DNA of 64,000 bases from an uncultured Candidatus Saccharibacteria bacterium (GCA_964399295.1 CAYNQD010000002.1:104358-168357); one strand, 5' to 3'; shown: positions 37,064 to 47,042, numbered from the stretch's first letter. Translations and numbers: made by a program. The notes: generated from the sequence alone by a model not told the origin.

Positions 37064-38500
37064 ATGTCAAACCAAAAAGCCAGATACATTACTACCACTT
37101 TGCCGTATGTAAACAACAGTCCGCATTTGGGACACGCCCTGGAATTTGTTCAGGCTGATACCTTGTCTCGCCACTATCGAGCTTTGGGACAGGAAGTTTT
37201 TTTTAATGTCGGCGTGGACGAACATGGTCAAAAAATCGCCAGGGTTGCTGATGAAAAAGGAATCGACAGACAAGCTTATGTTGACAAATACGCGGCTGAA
37301 TTTAACAAGCTAAAAGAAGCACTTGATTTAAGTTACGATAGTTTTGTTCGGACTTCCAGTCCGGCTCACAAAAAAGCGGCTCAGGAGATGTGGCAAAGGT
37401 GTGAAGCCAATGGTGATATTTATAAAAAAGCCTACAAGGGCTGGTATTGTGTCGGTTGTGAAGCTTTCAAAACCGAGTCAGACTTGGAAGACGGCAAGTG
37501 TCCCATTCACTTGACGACACCAGAATTGGTGGAAGAAGAAAATTACTTCTTCCGTTTGTCTAAGTATCAGAATTATTTAGAAGAGTATTTGGCCAAGGAG
37601 GAAGCCACGATACCGGATTGGCGCCGTTTGGAGTTATTGAATTTTGTTAAAAATGGTTTGGCGGATTTGAGTATTTCGCGAGAAAAATCGCGCATGGATT
37701 GGGGTATAGCGGTACCAAATGATGAGGAGCATGTCATGTACGTTTGGTTTGATGCTTTGACCAACTACATTTCTTGTTTGGGTTGGCCGAGTGATGAAGC
37801 GGGACAATATAAAAAATTTTGGGAGCAAGGTCAGACTTTGCAATTGGCCGGCAAAGACCAGTTGCGATTCCAGTCGGTTATCTGGCAGGCCATGCTCAAA
37901 AGCGCCGGTTTGCCGGCGACGGATATCATTTTTTATCACGGCTTTATCAATAGCGGTGGCCAAAAAATGAGCAAGAGTCTCGGTAACGTAATCTCCCCGT
38001 ATGATTTGGTAGAAAAATATGGGACTGATGCCGTTCGATATATTTTCCTTCGTCACGTGCATCCGGTTGATGATTCGGATTTGACTTGGGAAAAAATGGA
38101 CGAGTATTACACCGCTAATTTAGTAAATGGTCTGGGTAATTTGGTGGCGCGAGTGATGAAGATGTCGGAAACGCATTTGCCGGAGCCAATTGGTGTGCCG
38201 GAGTCAACCGACTCGCCAGCAGAATATCTTCAAGCCTTCGCCGAATTTAATTTCCAAACAGCGACGGACATTGTTTGGAAAAAAATTGGCGACCTCGACG
38301 AGTACATAGCTGAAACCGAGCCGTTTAAGTTGATAAAGACGGATAAAGAAAAGGGGATTGATTCTATAAAACATTTAGTGAATGAGTTGCTTGTCATTGG
38401 TCAGTTGCTCAGTCCATTTTTGCCAAATACCAGTCAGATCATTATTGAGGCGGTAAAACAAAACCAAAAACCGGATAATATTTTTCAGCGTTTGAGTTAA
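37064..38500 (+). CDS. metG: methionyl-tRNA synthetase (short form)
   Basis: HIGH variant (SPHLGHAL), KMSKS, and the Met-RS connective peptide CxxC...C (CVGCEAF...KCPIH). Confidence 0.9.
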   Translation: MSNQKARYITTTLPYVNNSPHLGHALEFVQADTLSRHYRALGQEVFFNVGVDEHGQKIARVADEKGIDRQAYVDKYAAEFNKLKEALDLSYDSFVRTSSPAHKKAAQEMWQRCEANGDIYKKAYKGWYCVGCEAFKTESDLEDGKCPIHLTTPELVEEENYFFRLSKYQNYLEEYLAKEEATIPDWRRLELLNFVKNGLADLSISREKSRMDWGIAVPNDEEHVMYVWFDALTNYISCLGWPSDEAGQYKKFWEQGQTLQLAGKDQLRFQSVIWQAMLKSAGLPATDIIFYHGFINSGGQKMSKSLGNVISPYDLVEKYGTDAVRYIFLRHVHPVDDSDLTWEKMDEYYTANLVNGLGNLVARVMKMSETHLPEPIGVPESTDSPAEYLQAFAEFNFQTATDIVWKKIGDLDEYIAETEPFKLIKTDKEKGIDSIKHLVNELLVIGQLLSPFLPNTSQIIIEAVKQNQKPDNIFQRLS

Positions 38501-38513
38501 TATTTCATGAATT

Positions 38514-39104
38514 GTGGCTTTGGCTGAAGGCCGAGTCGGTAAGGTTGGAGATAAGGAAAAAATAATTGCTAGTGAAGCTAGAGAGATTATTAAAACTCCT
38601 TGGGCGGACTTAACCTTTTCTGATAGAGGCTGGGAGATAAGCGCGGGGGTTGATGAATCAAACGCGGAGGAGGGCCTAATTCTCATGCCCAAAAATCCTT
38701 TTTTATCAGCTGAAATTATAAGAAATCAGATTAAGGAGTATTTTGGCCTAAAAAAGGTTGGAGTTATCATTAGCGATACTAAAAGTGTACCGCTTAGGGT
38801 GGGGACGGTTGGTCGTGCTGTCGGCTGTGCCGGTTTTGAGCCGATAAAAAGTTACATTGGGAAAGAAGATTTATTTGGTCGCAAAAGTCGGATCACGGTT
38901 GGCAATACTGCCGATGCTCTGGCGGCCTCGGCTGTTTTGGTAATGGGCGAGGGTAACGAACAGGCACCTTTAGCTGTAATTCGGCAAGCACCAGTGGTTT
39001 TTGTTGACCGAGCTTTGACTGCTAAAGATAGGGAAATGCAGATTTTGCCTAAAGACGATATCTTCTCCTATATTTTTGCTAAGTATTTTTCCGATAAAAA
39101 ATAA
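38514..39104 (+). CDS. CofE-like (coenzyme F420-0:gamma-glutamyl ligase family) protein, N-terminally short
   Basis: Strong collinear similarity to CofE (ALAEGR ~ ISKAEGR; GLILMPKNP...KVGVIISDTKSVPLRVGTVGRAVGCAGF...IGKEDLFGR...VGNTADALAASAVLVMGEGNEQAPLAVIR). GTG start with an in-frame stop immediately upstream. Confidence 0.6.
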   Translation: MALAEGRVGKVGDKEKIIASEAREIIKTPWADLTFSDRGWEISAGVDESNAEEGLILMPKNPFLSAEIIRNQIKEYFGLKKVGVIISDTKSVPLRVGTVGRAVGCAGFEPIKSYIGKEDLFGRKSRITVGNTADALAASAVLVMGEGNEQAPLAVIRQAPVVFVDRALTAKDREMQILPKDDIFSYIFAKYFSDKK

Positions 39105-39105
39105 A

Positions 39106-39134
39106 AGCTGGAGTTTTCTCCAGCTTTTTTTTTA
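39106..39134. terminator. bidirectional intrinsic terminator between convergent genes
   Basis: AGCTGGAG-TTTT-CTCCAGCT flanked by A- and T-runs. Confidence 0.8.
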
Positions 39135-39141
39135 ATGAGTA

Positions 39142-40173
39142 CTACTTATTATTACATAATTTCTCCATGTGCTTTAATACTTTTCGGTATAGGGCTTTAA
39201 CTATCTGGACTTGTTCCTTCCCAAGTTTGACGTAGTTGTCCAAGCCCGGCGCAGCGTTGATTTCCAATATCCAGTAGTTTTTAGGTTTATCAGCGATATC
39301 GCCGTCAATTATCAGGTCAACTCCACATAGACGCAAATTCATGTCTCGGGTCAGGTTTATCGCCAGTTTTTTAAACTTAGGATGAACCTTTTTTGTGACA
39401 TCAACAGAGTCTCCACCGGAGGAAAGGTTGGCGTTATCAAGTAAATAAATAACTTCTGCCTTATTCGGTATGGAATCCAAAGTCAGACCTCGGTGTTTTA
39501 ACTTATTTTTAATTCGGACATCGTCGATTTTAATAACGGTGTCCCGACTAATGGCGACAAACTGTTGCTGTTTTTTCTCTAAGAGTTGCCGGATGGTTGA
39601 TTTTCCGTTGCCAACAACATTGAGTGGAATCCGTCTGTACGCGGAAATAACTTTGTTGTCTAAAACTACAACCCTATAATCATTGCCGGTGATGTGTGGT
39701 TGCACAATCGCAATGCGGTCAACTCTAAAGATGGCCCGCATGGCGAAATAAAACTCTTTTTTGTTGTGAACCAATGTCACTCCCGAACCCTGGCTACCGC
39801 TATTGGGTTTGACAATCACCGGGAAAGTTAATTGCTGAGCATAAGCGTAAGCCATATCAATGTTGCGTTCCGGCTCACCAATCGCCTTACCCCAAGCGGG
39901 AGAAAAGAAGGTGTTATTGGAAATAGTTTTATAGCCCATGCTTTGCATAAAAAATGAGGCAAATCCCTTATCTTTAGCAATATCAGAGGCTCCCATTGGA
40001 TTTAAGTCCAGGGAGTTATATCTGAAATATGACCCACTGCCATTTTTAAAAGTAATTTGTCCGGCAATTTTCCATTCCGGCTCCATTAGTATGCTGGCAC
40101 CTATCTCAGCGGCAATTTCCGCAAATGTTTGTCCAAGCACTAAGGATTCACCTTTTTTAGATTTATTACTCAT
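39142..40173 (-). CDS. RimK/CofF/MptN-like ATP-grasp amino-acid ligase
   Basis: VIVKPNSGSQGSGV, RVVVLD, EINAAPGL and N..GGD, the ATP-grasp glutamate-ligase hallmarks. Confidence 0.75.
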   Translation of the reverse strand: MSNKSKKGESLVLGQTFAEIAAEIGASILMEPEWKIAGQITFKNGSGSYFRYNSLDLNPMGASDIAKDKGFASFFMQSMGYKTISNNTFFSPAWGKAIGEPERNIDMAYAYAQQLTFPVIVKPNSGSQGSGVTLVHNKKEFYFAMRAIFRVDRIAIVQPHITGNDYRVVVLDNKVISAYRRIPLNVVGNGKSTIRQLLEKKQQQFVAISRDTVIKIDDVRIKNKLKHRGLTLDSIPNKAEVIYLLDNANLSSGGDSVDVTKKVHPKFKKLAINLTRDMNLRLCGVDLIIDGDIADKPKNYWILEINAAPGLDNYVKLGKEQVQIVKALYRKVLKHMEKLCNNK

Positions 40174-40289
40174 GGTTATCCCTGTAGTTTTGTCTTAAGA
40201 ATTAAAACAAAGCTACATGTTAGGAGAGGGTCTGTCAATTAGACCAGGCTTATCAATAGTGTTATTCTTTAATGGAGATTTATTTACTT

Positions 40290-41186
40290 ATGAAATACAC
40301 CCACATCGACACCCATACCCACCTCAATCTCTCGGCTTTTAAGGAAGACCGCGAGGCGGTTTTGGTGCGGACTCGTGAGGCGGGGGTGGCGCATATAAAT
40401 GTCGGCACCAAGGAAAGTACTAGCCAAAAAGCGGTGGAGATAGCGAGGGGCAGTGATGGAGCCTGGGCGATTGTTGGTCTGCACCCGATTCAGACGACGC
40501 CGGATTTTCATGATGAAGAAGTAGTGGGCGAGGGTGGTCAGCCGTTTGCTTCCAGGGGCGAAGAATTTAATCCTGATTTCTACCGGCAGCTGGCCAGGAG
40601 TAAAAAAGTAGTGGGAATCGGTGAATGTGGTTTTGATTATTTTCATTCCGGCGGAGCAACTGCGGCGGAAACGCACATCAAGCAAGAAACGGCTTTTATT
40701 GCGCAGATAGAATTGGCCAACGAACTGCAACTACCACTAATGATTCACACACGTGATCCCAAGCCAGGCAATGTCAGTCCGACAGGGCAAAGTGCCTACG
40801 AAGATGTCTATCAGATTTTGCGACAATACGCCAAGGTTCGGGGCAATATTCACTTTTATGCCGGCACCTACGAGCAGGCCAAGAAATTCTTTGAGCTTGG
40901 CTTCACGGTGTCTTTTACCGGCGTGATTACTTTTGCCGCTGTCTATGAGGAGGTGGTGCGAGCAGTGCCTTTGGAGCTGATGCATGCCGAGACAGATAGT
41001 CCTTACGTCAGTCCGGTGCCGTACCGCGGACAAAGATGCGAGCCAAGGTACGTGAAAGAGGTGGTGAAAAAAATCGCTGCTATTAAAAATTTGCCGCTGG
41101 AAGCGGTTGAGTGGCAATTGCTAAAAAACGCGGAGGAGCTGTATGGGATTGAATTGTTGAAACAACCTCTTAGTCAAAAATCTTAA
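40290..41186 (+). CDS. TatD-family metal-dependent hydrolase/DNase
   Basis: HIDTHTHL start motif and downstream TatD His/Glu/Asp ligands (MIHTRD, HFYAG, ETDSPY). The ORF is open from 40272. Confidence 0.8.
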   Translation: MKYTHIDTHTHLNLSAFKEDREAVLVRTREAGVAHINVGTKESTSQKAVEIARGSDGAWAIVGLHPIQTTPDFHDEEVVGEGGQPFASRGEEFNPDFYRQLARSKKVVGIGECGFDYFHSGGATAAETHIKQETAFIAQIELANELQLPLMIHTRDPKPGNVSPTGQSAYEDVYQILRQYAKVRGNIHFYAGTYEQAKKFFELGFTVSFTGVITFAAVYEEVVRAVPLELMHAETDSPYVSPVPYRGQRCEPRYVKEVVKKIAAIKNLPLEAVEWQLLKNAEELYGIELLKQPLSQKS

Positions 41187-42120
41187 TCAAATACTCATCA
41201 ATTCGTCTTTGTTCCCAATCATAAAAACTGTCGCCGCTACGGTCTAAGTCTCTGGCCAAATCAACTCCCACAAAACGCCAGTGCCAAGGCTCAAAGACAT
41301 AAAACTGATTGCCCTCTGGATAAGAAAGTATAAAACCATACCTATGAGCGTTGTTTTTGAGCCACTTGTAGGCGTCGGTGCTGGCAAAGGTGGGTGAGGT
41401 GGTCTGGGTATTGGTATCGACTATATCAACCGCCGTTCCCAGCTGGTGTTCGGAGTAGCCTTGGTCGGCCGAAAAAGCATTAGCGCCGCCGCCATAGACT
41501 TGGGTAAATTGACCTTTGAGCTCTTGCTGCTCGTCGAAAGAACGATAGGCGGAAATAATTTTTATATTATGGCCGGCGCGGCTGGCATCATCAAGCAATC
41601 TTTCTAAAAAACTGATGGCATCACCATGAAAATACTGATCTTTTTTGCCTGGCATGATGTATTTATTGCTGATTTGGGAAAGTTTTAGAGGAACAAAATT
41701 TTCATTTAGAAAATAAGTTCGGGAATACTTTTGCAATAGTTCGCGGTCGGTACGGGACAGTTTGTCCAAGTCTCGTACTGTTCCGGACAAAGAACGAATC
41801 TGATTCTCAAAATCGTCGTTTATATTTCTCTCTCGTCGCAAATCATCTTCGATATTTTCCAATCGCTCCTTATTTAGAAGCAATTTTTCGGACAGGTCAT
41901 TTATGGTCATGTCGGCTTGGCGGATGTCGTTTTCCAACCGTTCCTTGGTTTGAGCTAGTTCAAGCTGCAATTGTTTTTTTTCAATTTCCAAAGATGATAT
42001 CGCGCTGGCTTTTTGGCTGGCATCAAAAAAAAGATACAAAACCAATGATGCCAACAGCAAAACGATTATTATAAGAATAATCTTGAGAGAATTTGACTGA
42101 GGACTTTTTTCGGGCGACAT
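41170..42120 (-). CDS. membrane-anchored VanY/M15B-family D,D-carboxypeptidase with a coiled-coil linker
   Basis: N-terminal TM, coiled coil, then SAYRSFDEQ, SEHQLGTAVD and EPWHWRF, the M15B zinc-peptidase motifs. Confidence 0.75.
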   Translation of the reverse strand: MSPEKSPQSNSLKIILIIIVLLLASLVLYLFFDASQKASAISSLEIEKKQLQLELAQTKERLENDIRQADMTINDLSEKLLLNKERLENIEDDLRRERNINDDFENQIRSLSGTVRDLDKLSRTDRELLQKYSRTYFLNENFVPLKLSQISNKYIMPGKKDQYFHGDAISFLERLLDDASRAGHNIKIISAYRSFDEQQELKGQFTQVYGGGANAFSADQGYSEHQLGTAVDIVDTNTQTTSPTFASTDAYKWLKNNAHRYGFILSYPEGNQFYVFEPWHWRFVGVDLARDLDRSGDSFYDWEQRRIDEYLIKIFD

Positions 42121-42357
42121 GGCAGTTTAATTTTAACACAGATTTTATAACTTTTGTTCCCTACATGCTCACCGAGAGTCATATCGGAGGTCATTGTCCT
42201 TGTGGTTTTTTATTTGTTTATATTAGACAGCGAGATTGAAAAAACTCTCCTAGCATAATTTACTTGAGGCAGTTATTTGATTGACGATAACACGCTGTTG
42301 AATAGCTTGGATTTGTGTGGTAAGGTGTAGCTGTTATTAGGTTAAGTTCTGTAATAA

Positions 42358-42888
42358 ATGTCAGAAACAAAAATGCCGGCAACTGAAGCAAGTCAGGCTG
42401 ATGAGCGCGAGCTTGTCAGCTACGAATTTGCTTTCCACGTACTTCCAACAGTTGCTGAAGGGGAAGTAACCAAGATTTTTGATGAAATCAAAAATCAAAT
42501 TACTAAAGTCGGAGGCGAGTTGACGGGAGAAGAGTCTCCAAAAAGGTTTGACTTGGCGTATGAAATCGTCAAGCACTTGGAGGGTAAAAATCGAAAGTTT
42601 GGTAGCGCTTATTTTGGCTGGGTACGTTTTCGCGCGGAGTCTGCACAAATGGATTCTCTAAAGGAAACTTTTGACGCTACCAAAGAATTATTGCGTTTCA
42701 TTTTGATTAAGCTTTCTAAGGTTGAAGAACAAACTCCTTTTCGTTTTCATGACTCGATTGTAAACAAGCAAGTGCGGGTGATTGAAGGTGAAGATTCGGT
42801 AGTTGAGGAGGTAGTTGCCGAAGTAGAATCCAAGGAAGAAGTTGTCGCGGAGGCTGAGGATGACAAAGAGGAGAAAGAAGCAGTATAA
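42358..42888 (+). CDS. rpsF: 30S ribosomal protein S6 with an acidic C-terminal tail
   Basis: S6-like core (YEFAFHVLP...RFDLAYEI...GWVRF) in rpsF-ssb-rpsR order. Glu-rich tail. Confidence 0.7.
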   Translation: MSETKMPATEASQADERELVSYEFAFHVLPTVAEGEVTKIFDEIKNQITKVGGELTGEESPKRFDLAYEIVKHLEGKNRKFGSAYFGWVRFRAESAQMDSLKETFDATKELLRFILIKLSKVEEQTPFRFHDSIVNKQVRVIEGEDSVVEEVVAEVESKEEVVAEAEDDKEEKEAV

Positions 42889-42920
42889 TTAGTTTCTAAT
42901 TAGTCTAATCTACACAAAAT

Positions 42921-43358
42921 ATGTATCTCAACAAAGCAATGGTTTTTGGCAACCTAACCCGCGATCCGGAATTGAAGGCTTTGCCTAGCGGAATGCAGGT
43001 TTGCTCATTTTCATTGGCGACCAATCGTGTCTACAATGATCGTGACGGCAAGAAGCAAGAATCAACCGACTACCACAATATCGTGGTCTTTGGCAAGCAG
43101 GCCGAAAACAGTGCTAAGTATTTGACAAAAGGCAACAGCGCTTATGTTGAGGGGAGAATGCAGACCAGGAGCTGGGATAAAGACGGACAAAAGCAATACC
43201 GCACGGAAATAGTGGCCGACAGAGTACAGTTTGGTCCAAAAGGCGGCGGTAGCGGTGCTCCAAGCAATACCGACAAGCCGGGAAACAGCGAAGATAATCG
43301 TTCAGCTCTGCCTGATTATCCGGAAGAAGAAATCAATCCTGAGGACATTCCTTTTTAA
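42921..43358 (+). CDS. ssb: single-stranded DNA-binding protein
   Basis: OB fold (NKAMVFGNLTRDPEL...) and the C-terminal acidic tip DIPF. Confidence 0.9.
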   Translation: MYLNKAMVFGNLTRDPELKALPSGMQVCSFSLATNRVYNDRDGKKQESTDYHNIVVFGKQAENSAKYLTKGNSAYVEGRMQTRSWDKDGQKQYRTEIVADRVQFGPKGGGSGAPSNTDKPGNSEDNRSALPDYPEEEINPEDIPF

Positions 43359-43376
43359 TTTATTAGCTTAATTACA

Positions 43377-43589
43377 TTGAAAGATATGGAACAACACAAT
43401 CTACACAAGAAGACAGCTATCGAGCATATCGACTACAAAGACATCACTCGTCTTGGTGCTTACGTAAATCCGCACGCTAGAATGTTGAATCGTCGCCGAA
43501 CCGGCTTTTCTGCCAAGTCACAGCGTGATTTTGCCAGAGCTATCAAGCGCGCCAGGTTCATGGCTTTGATGCCTTACATCCAGCACTAA
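43377..43589 (+). CDS. rpsR: 30S ribosomal protein S18
   Basis: IDYKDITRLGAYV...RRRTGFSAKSQRDFARAIKRARFMALMPY. Confidence 0.9.
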   Translation: MKDMEQHNLHKKTAIEHIDYKDITRLGAYVNPHARMLNRRRTGFSAKSQRDFARAIKRARFMALMPYIQH

Positions 43590-43604
43590 TTTGGTGTGAA
43601 AAAA

Positions 43605-43644
43605 CCAAGCCCGCTACCAACAGGTAGGCGGGCTTGGTTTTTTA
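43605..43644 (+). terminator. intrinsic terminator after rpsR
   Basis: CCAAGCCCGCTACC...GGTAGGCGGGCTTGG followed by TTTTTT. No rplI follows. Confidence 0.75.
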
Positions 43645-43708
43645 TAAAAGTGTACTATAATGAAAGCTGAAGTTTTTTCTAAAAATTTTCTTTAAAAAGG
43701 AGAAAAAG

Positions 43709-43831
43709 ATGAAAAAGTTTTTTCGCCGGATTAAATCCGGATTTAAGTGGTTTTTTAGCCTCGAAACCTGGGTCTCTAGTGACCCCTGGTATGATGAGGC
43801 GGACGAAGAACTCAGGAATAAGGGTCTGTGA
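43709..43831 (+). CDS. 40-aa Trp/Phe-rich peptide, unknown function
   Basis: AAGGAG 7 nt upstream of ATG 43709. Sequence MKKFFRRIKSGFKWFFSLETWVSSDPWYDEADEELRNKGL. Not in the ORF track because it is under 60 aa. Confidence 0.3.
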   Translation: MKKFFRRIKSGFKWFFSLETWVSSDPWYDEADEELRNKGL

Positions 43832-43906
43832 ATGACTTTTATTCCTACAAAGAAGCCCGTAACATTATATGTTGCGGGCTTATTTAATTATATGTAGAAA
43901 CGAAGA

Positions 43907-44482
43907 CTAAGCTTTCTCAGATCGTTCTGAATATTCTCCGGTTTCGGTATTGATGGAAATGATATCGCCTTCATTTATAAACATCGGCACCATAATGGTA
44001 GCGCCAGTCTCCAGAGTAACCTCTTTTTGTGCGCCGGAAGAGGTGTTGCCTTTGACTGCCTCCATGGCTTCCTTGACCTTGAGTTCAATTTTAATCGGTA
44101 TTTTTACCCCAATCACTTCATCGTCGTAGACTAGAGCATCCAGTTCGGAGCGTTCCTTGATAAATTTTCCCTGATCGCCTATCAATTCCGCAGATAGGGA
44201 AAATCGCTCGCCTGGCTTGCCGGCAATATGAAACCAGTATTCATTATCCTTGCGGTATATGAAAGTAATCTTACGATTTTCCAAATCAGCCTCCTCGGCG
44301 GTTTCGTTTACGTGGAAAGTATTTTCCATGGCGCGACCGGATTTTAGGCCTTTTAATTTGGTTATGTTGACCGGTTTACGTTGTTGTTTTCTAAAAACGT
44401 GATAAGAAAGAACCAAGCAAGGCTCGTCGTTGAAGAGGATAACCTTTTTGGGCGTGATTTCGTTGTATGATAAGACAGCCAT
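43907..44482 (-). CDS. efp: elongation factor P
   Basis: Three-domain EF-P. C-terminal ETGATIMVPMFINEGDIISINTETGEY. Confidence 0.85.
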   Translation of the reverse strand: MAVLSYNEITPKKVILFNDEPCLVLSYHVFRKQQRKPVNITKLKGLKSGRAMENTFHVNETAEEADLENRKITFIYRKDNEYWFHIAGKPGERFSLSAELIGDQGKFIKERSELDALVYDDEVIGVKIPIKIELKVKEAMEAVKGNTSSGAQKEVTLETGATIMVPMFINEGDIISINTETGEYSERSEKA

Positions 44483-44609
44483 ATTAAGAATTTAAAATAA
44501 TACACTATAAGAAGCAAGAAGATACTACCATATATGCGACATCTATACTAATCAACCTAGTCATATTTTCACAACACTGGTAAAACTACTTCGTGAAAAA
44601 ATATAATTC

Positions 44610-46343
44610 ATGATAAAATATTTTGCAATGTCAATAGAACGAGGTGTGCGTCAAGACGATACATGGATAACAGTAGATTCCGTGGTTGGTTGTGCAAAAA
44701 GTTGTGGCTATTGTTTCTTACAGGGATACGATAAAACACTTAAGCCGGGCATGCCAATTATGTCGGCGGATAAAGCAATAGATAACGTATTGTCATTCGA
44801 AAATTATAGAATTGATAGTCCTATAATGGTTGGTAGTGAGACCGATGCTTTTATGAACCGCTCTAACATAAATTACTTTACTGAATTCTTTAGAATTTAC
44901 TCCGAACGTGAGCTGCCCAACCCCCTTGTGTTTTCAACAAAATGTAAAATTCCTAATGAGTTTATTGAGTTAGTAAGAAGTAACGAAGCAGTAAAGACTG
45001 TTTTTTATTTAAGCTTCTCTGGATTACCGCAAACAATTGAGCCCACAATAAAAGGCGAACATATTAGGGGTAACTTTGAACGATTGAGTGAGGCAGAAAT
45101 TCCAACAATTCACTATTGGCGTCCATTCTTGCCTCAAAATGCACAACGAGAGAAAATTAGAGAAATAATTGATTATGTTGCAAAGCTGGCTACCTGTAGT
45201 GTTGCTGTAGGTTTGAAAACTAATGATGAAATAATTAAACATCTACTCGCAGCGTGGCCGGAACTAGGTAATAATACAGAAGAGGCAAAGGCTGCGGCTG
45301 ACGTATGGCCAGAGGGTGTAAAAGATTATATTGAGGAATACACCAGTATAAAATTTCCGGAGTATCCACTTTTTTGGGTTAATTCATGCGCCCTAGCGTA
45401 CGCGCTACAAAAACCAGATTTTAATGCAATGTTTAAGGGAACTGCCTGCGATGCCAATCATTGCCCGCCCGACCAACGTGAACGGTGCGCGATAAATCTA
45501 TTAGGTTACAAACCATCTCCAGACAGCATTCGTGAAGCTTTGACGCAAATGGGTTTAGAAGATTGTAAGTTTGAAATTGATGAAAAGGAGAGAGTTGTTT
45601 CTGTGCAAGGTGATGTTACACATGGTCAACTTATTTACTTGAGGCAGAAGTTGAATTATCCAATCAAAGTACGAGGGGAGTTCTTGAGTACAAATGAATG
45701 GTCGGGACACGCGACAAACAAAGAGTCTATGCACTTACCATACGCAACCGAAAACTTCGATATTGATGTTATTTGGGAACGAGCTCAATATACTCGAAAT
45801 TTATTTCGTTCAGTAGAAAGAGTTGAATGGGGCGCGGAGCAGTACGCGCTTGAGTTGATGGTGCAAGTAGGACATCTATCAGACTTAGTACTAAGACAAG
45901 AACATAAACTAAATCGTCGCACAGAAGAAGAAAATGCTGATGCAATTGCTGATGAGATAAGTGACGTTGTTTTAAATATCTTTTCTATTGCGGATGCTTT
46001 TACTATTTCTGTTCCAACTCTAGTTAGAGAGAAATTAGGTATCTACTGGAGCGATATTGTTGATAGTAGAAAACTTATTGAAGACCTTGAATCAAGTCAT
46101 CCAACGAGCGATCAAATCGGTTTGGCCATGCTTGAATTATCAAAACAATCTGCATTGCTTGCAAGTATGGTTATTTCAGTTGGAAAAGAGGATATTGGAC
46201 AGAAGGAATTAAGTCAAGCGTTACTAGATTCCCTTCGTGCATGTTTTTCTGTACTGAATTTCTACAACGTCAATTTACATAAAGCATTTGACAAAATGAT
46301 CCTCGAATCTGAAGCATTTGTCGAAAAAAATAAACTCGCATAA
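44610..46343 (+). CDS. fusion protein: SplB-like radical-SAM domain plus C-terminal tandem MazG-like NTP-pyrophosphohydrolase domains
   Basis: CxxxCxxC as GCAKSCGYCFLQ, the COG1533/SplB-type context. C-terminal E-rich helices RRTEEENADAIADEISDVVLNIFSIA and ...LLDSLRACFSVLNFYNVNL match the MazG EExxE...DE.GD.L pattern twice. Confidence 0.6.
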   Translation: MIKYFAMSIERGVRQDDTWITVDSVVGCAKSCGYCFLQGYDKTLKPGMPIMSADKAIDNVLSFENYRIDSPIMVGSETDAFMNRSNINYFTEFFRIYSERELPNPLVFSTKCKIPNEFIELVRSNEAVKTVFYLSFSGLPQTIEPTIKGEHIRGNFERLSEAEIPTIHYWRPFLPQNAQREKIREIIDYVAKLATCSVAVGLKTNDEIIKHLLAAWPELGNNTEEAKAAADVWPEGVKDYIEEYTSIKFPEYPLFWVNSCALAYALQKPDFNAMFKGTACDANHCPPDQRERCAINLLGYKPSPDSIREALTQMGLEDCKFEIDEKERVVSVQGDVTHGQLIYLRQKLNYPIKVRGEFLSTNEWSGHATNKESMHLPYATENFDIDVIWERAQYTRNLFRSVERVEWGAEQYALELMVQVGHLSDLVLRQEHKLNRRTEEENADAIADEISDVVLNIFSIADAFTISVPTLVREKLGIYWSDIVDSRKLIEDLESSHPTSDQIGLAMLELSKQSALLASMVISVGKEDIGQKELSQALLDSLRACFSVLNFYNVNLHKAFDKMILESEAFVEKNKLA

Positions 46344-46354
46344 TTATTTCATAC

Positions 46355-46999
46355 ATGAAAGAAGAAATACTTCCAATTTACGACGCGTTTAACAAGTCAG
46401 CGGGAACGGCAAGTCGGTCAGAAATTCATACTAAAGGACTTTGGCATAGGTCTGTTAATTTTATCGTCCTCGATCCTAAAAAAAGAACTGTGATTTTTCA
46501 AGACTCAAATACCCTTGATACGTACGATGTTGAAAAATTCTTTGTAAAAATGAATGGCGGGCATGTTCAGGGCGATAATATGATTCAAGAAATGTCTCGT
46601 GAGCTTAATGAAGAGCTGGGTTTAAAAATTGATAAGGCCGATGACGTTCATTTTTTAGGTGTGTATCAAATTTCATTTGAGCCAACAAAGGACTTTATAA
46701 ATCATGAGTTTATGTATTTTTACTTGGTAGCTTTTTCTAATGCTTTTGAAAAAATAAATATGGACGGCACGGAAGTTAAATCTATTTTTGAAATAAAAAT
46801 AGATGAAGCTGTTGATTTACTAATTAGCGAGAGAAACATGGTCCAAGTTACCGCTAGGGATGTAGGAGGAAAAAACATAACTCTTAACTTCACCAAGCAA
46901 TCCTTTAAAAATTTCACTGACGATTCTTTATACTTAAGAATCTTCCTTGCTTTACAAGACTTTTGTAACGGAAGAAACAAAAAATATATAGTGATTTAA
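46355..46999 (+). CDS. Nudix hydrolase
   Basis: Nudix box GGHVQGDNMIQEMSRELNEELGL (Gx5[E/D]x7REUxEExGU). Confidence 0.7.
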   Translation: MKEEILPIYDAFNKSAGTASRSEIHTKGLWHRSVNFIVLDPKKRTVIFQDSNTLDTYDVEKFFVKMNGGHVQGDNMIQEMSRELNEELGLKIDKADDVHFLGVYQISFEPTKDFINHEFMYFYLVAFSNAFEKINMDGTEVKSIFEIKIDEAVDLLISERNMVQVTARDVGGKNITLNFTKQSFKNFTDDSLYLRIFLALQDFCNGRNKKYIVI

Positions 47000-47042
47000 A
47001 AGCACCCTTACCAGTTTTGGTTGAGGGTGCTTGTGGTCATAC

